In this document: positions 57,750-64,000 of the stretch, in pieces | How positions within the stretch are numbered: the first letter of the stretch is position 1 | Layout: each line of letters opens with the position of its first letter | Virus record (IMG/VR): IMGVR_UViG_3300021959_000026 | DNA length: 64,000 nt | Reading direction: 5' to 3' (one strand) | From: an uncultured virus (IMG/VR IMGVR_UViG_3300021959_000026) | Lineage: Duplodnaviria; Heunggongvirae; Uroviricota; Caudoviricetes | Program-made: the position numbers and the translations under genes | The notes under the pieces: generated by a model | The model's database searches: none | What the model saw: only the letters and a program-made list of their open reading frames with translations | Told to the model about the DNA's origin: nothing

Positions 57750-58497
57750 CTCTTCCTCAGATAGTGTCGCTATGTTGTACAAACTTCTCACTGAAACTAA
57801 AGATGATGTGATATCAAGGATACTTCACCTAGACGCATCTGATCAGGATTTAGCACAGTATCCTATTGTCTGTAATTGGTTGAAAGAAAATGTTCGTGAT
57901 TTTGATTTTGATTTTTCAGAGTTTGAAGATCGTGCTAGTGATACCATGTTAGAAACTATAAGATCAAAAAATTATAATGTTGCATTGTTGTCAGAGACGC
58001 ACGATGTTGATTTGATATGTCTTGGTATAAATACATATAATTGGAGTCATTCTACTTGGTATTTTCAAACGACAGAACCGATTGAAAATTTTTATGCAAA
58101 AGGCAATCTATATTCTAGAGTAGATCATTCCATTCTTAGAGATTACACAGATATCCCTATCGACTGGCCGTTGATGAATCGTAAAACTAAACCTATGGGT
58201 CGGTGGCAAACGTGGGAATCTTTACCACAGGAACTACAAAAATTAGTTTCTCAATGTCCTTGTGGAAAGTGTGCTAAATGTAAATGTCTGGATTGGTATA
58301 ATAAAAAGAAAAATGAAGGATTTAATGCAGAAGAGCTTGATGATCTTATTATGAAAGAAGGAAAATACGGAAAATATTACACAAAAGAGGGTATTACAGA
58401 AACCAGACATGATGCTTATGCAGATCAGAAATTTCCAGTTTGGAGTCCGGCAACACCCAGTTATCAAGCATTACCACCAAAACCTCACAATAAGTGA
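57727..58497 (+). CDS. QueC-like PP-loop protein (degenerate loop), paralogue 1
   Basis: MKVFAATSSSSDSVAMLYKLLTETKDDV; C-terminal CPCGKCAKCKC. Confidence 0.6.
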   Translation: MKVFAATSSSSDSVAMLYKLLTETKDDVISRILHLDASDQDLAQYPIVCNWLKENVRDFDFDFSEFEDRASDTMLETIRSKNYNVALLSETHDVDLICLGINTYNWSHSTWYFQTTEPIENFYAKGNLYSRVDHSILRDYTDIPIDWPLMNRKTKPMGRWQTWESLPQELQKLVSQCPCGKCAKCKCLDWYNKKKNEGFNAEELDDLIMKEGKYGKYYTKEGITETRHDAYADQKFPVWSPATPSYQALPPKPHNK

Positions 58498-58518
58498 TAT
58501 CCTACATAAACCAAATGT

Positions 58519-58526
58519 TATAAATA
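58519..58526 (+). promoter_or_regulatory. T4-type late promoter TATAAATA (gene 13)
   Basis: Exact TATAAATA upstream of 58546. Confidence 0.8.
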
Positions 58527-58545
58527 TATAAAAAAGGATATCTTC

Positions 58546-59367
58546 ATGGCCATACCTACAAGTAAATCAACATTCAAAGATTATTGTTTTAGGGCACTAG
58601 GTTCTGGTGTCATTGATATTAATGTATCAGATGATCAGGCAGATGACCGTATTGATGAAGCACTACAATTCTTTGCACAGTATCACTATGACGGTATTGA
58701 GAAGATGTATCTCAAACATCTTATTACCGAGGAAGATGTCGCAAGAGGAAAAGCAAATATTTCCTCAACTGGAACGGATTCAGCTGACAGTACTATTACT
58801 GATACATTTTTAGAAGGTACTAATTTTATCCCAATGCCTTCTGCTGTTATTTCGGTTATACAGGTTTGGCCGTTCACTGATACTGGCGGTGGTAGTAGTA
58901 TGTTTGATGTTAAATATCAATTACGTCTTAATGACTTGTATGACCTATCATCTACATCTGTTATTCAGTATCAGATGGCTATGGACAACCTCGACCTTCT
59001 GGAACACATCCTTGTTGGTGAACAACCAATTCGATATAGTCAACATCAGAATCGTTTATACATAGATGCTGATTGGTCGAACGCTTTTACTGCTGGACAA
59101 GACTATATTATTGTAGAATGTTATCGCAAAATAGACCCAGCAACGTATACAGATATCTTTGACGATATATTTCTCAAGAGATATGCAACCACACTAATCA
59201 AACAACAGTGGGGTGCAAACCTATCTAAATTCAGTGGTGTTGCAATGCTTGGTGGTGTTACTATGAATGGAGAAACTATCTATACACAGGCATTAGAGGA
59301 GAAAAATAAGTTAGAGGAACAAATCCAACTTACGTTTGAGTTGCCAGTTAATTACATGATAGGATAA
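58546..59367 (+). CDS. gp13: Neck protein gp13
   Basis: P.S...FKDYC.R.LG..VIDINV.DDQ..DRIDEALQ.F..YHYDG, LKRYAT.LIK.QWG.NL.KF.G....GGVT.NG. Confidence 0.96.
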   Translation: MAIPTSKSTFKDYCFRALGSGVIDINVSDDQADDRIDEALQFFAQYHYDGIEKMYLKHLITEEDVARGKANISSTGTDSADSTITDTFLEGTNFIPMPSAVISVIQVWPFTDTGGGSSMFDVKYQLRLNDLYDLSSTSVIQYQMAMDNLDLLEHILVGEQPIRYSQHQNRLYIDADWSNAFTAGQDYIIVECYRKIDPATYTDIFDDIFLKRYATTLIKQQWGANLSKFSGVAMLGGVTMNGETIYTQALEEKNKLEEQIQLTFELPVNYMIG

Positions 59368-59370
59368 TTC

Positions 59371-60327
59371 ATGGCCGTTAATAAACATTTTCATACGAGC
59401 GGCGTATCTGCAATTGCATCTGAACAATCTTTATATGCTAACTTGGTTACAGAAGCTATTCACCATAGGGGTCATGATGTGTATTATCTTGACCGTACAC
59501 TTGTTGCTGAAGACAATGTTCTTGGTGAGGATTCTCTGTCTAAATTTAATACACAATCTTCTATTGAAATGTACATGGAAGACTCTGGTGGTGGGTTTGC
59601 AGGAGAACGTGAGCTTATGTCTCAGTTTGGTTTGCAAAACCTTAGTGAAGCAACTTTCGTTGTAAGTAAAACAAAGTTTCAAGAAAAAACAAAACAATTA
59701 CAAATAGAAACGGCAACAGACTCAACATCATCTGGTTCTATCCAATTGGAATCTGGTACGGTATCTGATAGTCAAATATCCTATATTCTAAACGAAACTG
59801 ATGCAACTGATGCTGACAGGCCATTTGAGGGTGATGCAATTTATCACCCAACACTAAAGAAATTGTTTCAGATTAACTTTGTTGATCATGATAATCCTTT
59901 TCACCAGTTAGATAGTAATCCTGTTTATAAATTAAAATGTCGTCTGTTTGATTATGGTTCAGAAGAACTCAGTACTGGTATTGCTGAAATTGATGCAATC
60001 GCAGGCGATCTATCAATTTCAAATTCTGATTTTCAGTTTACACTTGAAAATGAAAGTATTATTGGTCAGCCACTTACAATAGGTATGAGTGGATTTACTT
60101 TAGATGCAACGAATGTTACCCTTGACCAAACACAAATTAACGAAGACCCAGATTCATATGGTGAAAGGTTAATACTTGAAAATGGTAGTTTCCTTATATC
60201 GGAAGAATATATAATTGGTGATGGTGTCACTGATAAAACTGCTCAGAACGAGTTGTTTGATGACTTAGATGATACTGTTCTAGACTTTAGTGAGTCAAAT
60301 CCATTTGGTGATGCAGGAGGATTATAA
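59371..60327 (+). CDS. gp14: Neck protein gp14, copy A
   Basis: EQ.LY..L..E.I...G.DVYYL.R, IEMY.E..GG..G...MSQFG, RP.EGD.IY.P....LF.I.FV.H..PF.QL, DFSE.NPFG. Confidence 0.92.
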   Translation: MAVNKHFHTSGVSAIASEQSLYANLVTEAIHHRGHDVYYLDRTLVAEDNVLGEDSLSKFNTQSSIEMYMEDSGGGFAGERELMSQFGLQNLSEATFVVSKTKFQEKTKQLQIETATDSTSSGSIQLESGTVSDSQISYILNETDATDADRPFEGDAIYHPTLKKLFQINFVDHDNPFHQLDSNPVYKLKCRLFDYGSEELSTGIAEIDAIAGDLSISNSDFQFTLENESIIGQPLTIGMSGFTLDATNVTLDQTQINEDPDSYGERLILENGSFLISEEYIIGDGVTDKTAQNELFDDLDDTVLDFSESNPFGDAGGL

Positions 60328-61169
60328 TGACTACAGGACAAGTTATTTCATCTGAACAATCACTATATGCAAACTTGATTGCAGAAGCAATTCAAATTCA
60401 CGGACATGATGTATATTATCTTGACCGCACACTGGTTGCAGAAGATACAGTTCTGGGAGAGGATTCTTTATCTAAGTTTAACACTCAGGCTCCTATAGAA
60501 ATGTATATGGAAAATTCTGATGGTGGATATGCGGGTGAACAAGAAGTGATAACTCAGTTTGGTTTAGAAAATCTAAGTGAAGCAACTTTTGTAGTTAGTA
60601 AGGTAAGATTTCAAGAAAAGACAAAACAAATACAAATTGAAGATGGTACAGATTCAACATCGTCTGGTTCAATTCTTTTAGAATCTGGGTCAATAGCAAC
60701 ATCTAAACTGGAAGGCGAAACATTTTATATTCTAAATGAAACGGATGCGACTGATGCTGATAGACCTTTAGAGGGTGACGCAATTTATCATCCACTACTT
60801 AAAAAATTATTTGAAATTAACTTTGTAGATCATGATGATCCTTTTCATCAACTTGATACCAATCCAGTATATAAAATGCGATGCCGACTGTTTGATTATG
60901 GTTCAGAAGCACTCGACACAGGTATTACAGATATTGATGCGATTGAAGATTCTCTCTCAATTGCAAGTCATCAATTAAATCTTGAGGACGAAACAGGAAG
61001 TATTCTACTTGAAACTGGTGGTGACGAATATATTATACAGGAAGACTATATAGTAGGTGATGGAGTAACGGATAAGACAGCTCAAAATGAGTTGTTTGAA
61101 ACATTGGATGATACGATACTGGACTTCAGTGAATCGAATCCATTTGGTGATGCAGGGAGTGCAGATTAA
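60327..61169 (+). CDS. gp14: Neck protein gp14, copy B (tandem paralogue)
   Basis: Same motifs, colinear with copy A; TAATG coupling and AGGAGG RBS. Confidence 0.9.
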   Translation: MTTGQVISSEQSLYANLIAEAIQIHGHDVYYLDRTLVAEDTVLGEDSLSKFNTQAPIEMYMENSDGGYAGEQEVITQFGLENLSEATFVVSKVRFQEKTKQIQIEDGTDSTSSGSILLESGSIATSKLEGETFYILNETDATDADRPLEGDAIYHPLLKKLFEINFVDHDDPFHQLDTNPVYKMRCRLFDYGSEALDTGITDIDAIEDSLSIASHQLNLEDETGSILLETGGDEYIIQEDYIVGDGVTDKTAQNELFETLDDTILDFSESNPFGDAGSAD

Positions 61170-61185
61170 TGAAGGAGACGGTATA

Positions 61186-61986
61186 ATGTTGGGAACCCAG
61201 TTCTACCACGAAACAATACGCAACATCGTTGTTGGTTTCGGAACAATTTTTAATAATATTCAATTAGTTCGTAAGGATAACTCTGGTGTAATTCAACAGA
61301 CCATGAAAGTGCCTTTGGCATATGGTCCAAGACAGAAGTTTCTTGTTCGTCTTGCTGATGATGCAGACCTGAGTAAAGCTGCTGCGGTTACTTTACCTCG
61401 TATTGGTTTCGAAATTACGGGTCTTACATATGATCCCGGCCGAAAATTAAATCGTGTGCAGAAGTTTAAAAAAGTTAAGGGCGATAAGTCAGAACAGTTA
61501 GACACGCAATATATGCCTGTTCCTTATAATATTGATTTTGAACTTTACATTCTTGCAAAACAGTCGGATGATGCTCTACAAATTGTTGAACAAATTCTTC
61601 CTTACTTTCAACCAGACTACACGATCACGATGAATGATAACGCTGATATGGGTGTCAAAAAAGACATTCCCGTTATTCTCAACAGTATTTCTTACGAGGA
61701 TGATTATCAGGGAGACTTTACGACAAGAAGAGCTATCATTTATACATTGTCTTTCACATGTAAATTTTATCTCTATGGTCCTGTTACATCCAGTAAGGTT
61801 ATCAAGACGGTACAGGTTGATGCATACACTGATATGCCTGACCAATCACCAACACGACAACAGAGACTTACTGTCACGCCAAACCCAACCAGTGCTGATG
61901 CTGATGACGATTTTGGTTTCAATGAGGTTCATTCTTTCTTTGAAGATGCGAAGACTCACAATCCAGTGACGGGTGAGGATGAGTGA
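61186..61986 (+). CDS. gp15: Tail sheath stabilizer / tail terminator gp15
   Basis: FYHETIR..VVGFGT.FNNI, VPLAYGP.QKFL, LPRIGFE, YD..RKL, PVPY, QIVEQILPYFQP, DDY.GDF..RR. Confidence 0.96.
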   Translation: MLGTQFYHETIRNIVVGFGTIFNNIQLVRKDNSGVIQQTMKVPLAYGPRQKFLVRLADDADLSKAAAVTLPRIGFEITGLTYDPGRKLNRVQKFKKVKGDKSEQLDTQYMPVPYNIDFELYILAKQSDDALQIVEQILPYFQPDYTITMNDNADMGVKKDIPVILNSISYEDDYQGDFTTRRAIIYTLSFTCKFYLYGPVTSSKVIKTVQVDAYTDMPDQSPTRQQRLTVTPNPTSADADDDFGFNEVHSFFEDAKTHNPVTGEDE

Positions 61987-62803
61987 TAACATGTTTCATT
62001 ATGCAGATGTGCCTTTATCGGTAATTGATAATCTAATAAATTTAGAAGAAGAGTTACAAGTATTAAATCGGACTCGAAAATTTGCGTATGAAAGTAAAGA
62101 AAATTATTTGGGATATAGAAAAATATCCGACAGTGGGTTGCCAATAGATAAAATGAGTGATTCAATGCAGGGTCACACTAATTTAGAAATTTTCACTGAA
62201 GATGAAAAGGATAGTTCACGCAAACTTTTCAATGAAATTCTAAAACCAATTATTGGATATGAACCAAATACTCAAGGTAGGTATGGGTATTACAAAGAAC
62301 CAATTCATATACACAATGATGGTGAAAATTATCTGGGCGATGATTGGAAATCGCATAACAGAACAGGACAAAAACCTCGGCCTGCAAACACAACAATATT
62401 CTTTCCACTAAGATGTTACAAAGAAGATGGAAGTACGGGAACAACTGAGACTGTATACTTTGATCAAAAAACTCCTTGGTCTGCAAAATCTGGAATTGAT
62501 ATTGAGAATGACGATCAAAAGTTTTATAGAAAACATGGCACAACTGGGTGGCAATTAGATTATGATTACAGTGATTTAGTAGGATACACTAACAAACCTT
62601 TTGATTCAGATGTTTGGGTAGAACACCTACAACACCACCCAATTGAGATGTTACATGGGTTTAGTTTTGCAGCATCTATTCCTTGGAATATTGGTCAGGT
62701 TTTGATGTTTGAGACTTCAAGAATTCACTGTAGTTCTTATATGGAAGATTGTTTTGGTAAAGACTGTTTTCTTGTGAAGGTCAACACAAATTTATGGAAT
62801 TGA
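61979..62803 (+). CDS. Hypothetical protein, possible 2OG-Fe(II)/cupin oxygenase
   Basis: IH.D, T.FFPL, T.YFDQ, W..G....F...RIHCSS. Confidence 0.55.
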   Translation: MSDNMFHYADVPLSVIDNLINLEEELQVLNRTRKFAYESKENYLGYRKISDSGLPIDKMSDSMQGHTNLEIFTEDEKDSSRKLFNEILKPIIGYEPNTQGRYGYYKEPIHIHNDGENYLGDDWKSHNRTGQKPRPANTTIFFPLRCYKEDGSTGTTETVYFDQKTPWSAKSGIDIENDDQKFYRKHGTTGWQLDYDYSDLVGYTNKPFDSDVWVEHLQHHPIEMLHGFSFAASIPWNIGQVLMFETSRIHCSSYMEDCFGKDCFLVKVNTNLWN

Positions 62804-62806
62804 ACC

Positions 62807-63589
62807 ATGAAAATACTCATACCATTTTCAGGCGGTATCAACTCTACATACTCACTTTATCGTTGGTTAACTGAAACTGACGCTGATGTTTTTGTTCGAT
62901 ATGGATTTGATCAATTTGAAAATGATGACTACCGTTCAGAAGAACTTGAGAGAGTTCAAAATGTATCACACTTCCTCAAAAAACAATATCGTAATTTTAA
63001 TTTAGAAATGGGTGAGTTTCCCAAAAAATATGTCGAAGAGCGTATTCCTATTCGGTCAGGATTTAAAAAAGGAAAATTTAATATTGGTGCGCTTAAGCCA
63101 AGATATTTTGGAATTACTAAATGGTGTTTTGAAACCAATGTTGATGCAGTATCAATTGGTGTGTCTTTAGAAAATACCTCAACACAGGGTTATGAATTGA
63201 GTCGTCGGGAATCTGGTATTGAAAATATTGGTGTTGATATATATTTGGGCGGTGTGCGAGAGTTAGTTCCAGTGTCCACTGGAGATGATTTCAACTATGA
63301 TGAGATTGCAAAACATATGGTGGGTCGGTTTGAACAATATGAGTTCTTACCAAAAGAGTTGCGAGATTTGTGTGTTAGATATAATTCAGAGAGTCGTAAT
63401 GGGCGTGAAATGGCCTATTGGAGAACCTATAAAATATTTGTTGAAGAGGGCAAGACAGGAAGAGACTTTGATTTGTATTGTGCCAAACACGGCAGCTATG
63501 GTCCTTGGAGACATGAAGCTGATCCAGAAACTTATATGTATAGGGGTCGAGGTGAGGATGGAAATTTACATTATTTACTTTATGAATAA
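62807..63589 (+). CDS. QueC-like PP-loop ATPase, paralogue 2
   Basis: MKILIPFSGGINSTYSLYRWLTETDADV. Confidence 0.65.
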   Translation: MKILIPFSGGINSTYSLYRWLTETDADVFVRYGFDQFENDDYRSEELERVQNVSHFLKKQYRNFNLEMGEFPKKYVEERIPIRSGFKKGKFNIGALKPRYFGITKWCFETNVDAVSIGVSLENTSTQGYELSRRESGIENIGVDIYLGGVRELVPVSTGDDFNYDEIAKHMVGRFEQYEFLPKELRDLCVRYNSESRNGREMAYWRTYKIFVEEGKTGRDFDLYCAKHGSYGPWRHEADPETYMYRGRGEDGNLHYLLYE

Positions 63590-63605
63590 GGAAGGTTTTT
63601 GAAAA

Positions 63606-64000
63606 ATGAAAATACTTATACCATTTTCTGGGGGAGTCAATTCTACATACTCACTTTATCGTTGGTTATCTGAAACTGATGCTGATATTATTTCTCTATA
63701 CGGGGTTGATCAGTGGTATGATGATAAACATAACGATGATGAATTAAATAGAGCTAGAAAAATAGTAAGTTATTTAAAATCTACTGTCAGAGAATTTGAA
63801 TTTGACATAAGTGAATGGCCATCTAATTATGTTATTGAGAAACATCCTATACGGCCGGGATTTAATTTAGGAATGTGGGATGTTGGAAAGGTTCGTCCTC
63901 GATATGAAGGATATGTTAAGTGGCAAAATGAAACCAAAACAGATGGTATTTCTATTGGATTATCGTTAGAAAATACAGCAATGGATTGTGGTTATAATAC
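63606..64000 (+). CDS. QueC-like PP-loop ATPase, paralogue 3 (3'-truncated)
   Basis: MKILIPFSGGVNSTYSLYRWLSETDADI..; open to the window end. Confidence 0.65.
   Translation, partial: MKILIPFSGGVNSTYSLYRWLSETDADIISLYGVDQWYDDKHNDDELNRARKIVSYLKSTVREFEFDISEWPSNYVIEKHPIRPGFNLGMWDVGKVRPRYEGYVKWQNETKTDGISIGLSLENTAMDCGYN

Overview
This 64-kb window is part of a T4-like (T4-superfamily) myophage genome. A marine proteobacterial host is an inference from the gene content, AT richness and sigma70-type early promoters. In order it carries: the 3' part of gene 32 (SSB); a minus-strand tail/baseplate block (tape-measure-like gene, 51, 26, 54, 2, 4); plus-strand 48, 53 and a 27-like hub; and an early/replication island of about 11.5 kb (sigma70-type promoters, many small ORFs, IscA, dCMP deaminase, 41 helicase, 40, HNH, a gene-poor segment with repeats and structured RNA-like elements, uvsX). 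It continues with the late baseplate operon (5, 5.4/PAAR, 25, 6, 7, a short gp9/10-like fibre, 8, a two-gene VrlC-like protein, a 3839-aa repeat fibre), a modification cluster (glycosyltransferases, methyltransferase, hydroxylase, PP-loop proteins) and neck genes 13, 14 (two copies) and 15. The most notable observations are: (i) an apparent programmed -1 frameshift (U UUU UUA plus stem-loop) fusing gp26 to gp51 upstream of the tape measure gene, like lambda G/GT; (ii) a VrlC-like virion protein split into two coupled genes exactly where a Hedgehog/intein-type Hint domain lacking the terminal Asn caps the N-half; (iii) a tRNA-T-arm-containing structured element plus C-tract and 10-bp-phased repeats in the 15.8-18.2 kb region; (iv) short and giant fibre paralogues with matching ends, next to a candidate virion-modification cluster. 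All calls come from motif recognition by eye; no searches were run.
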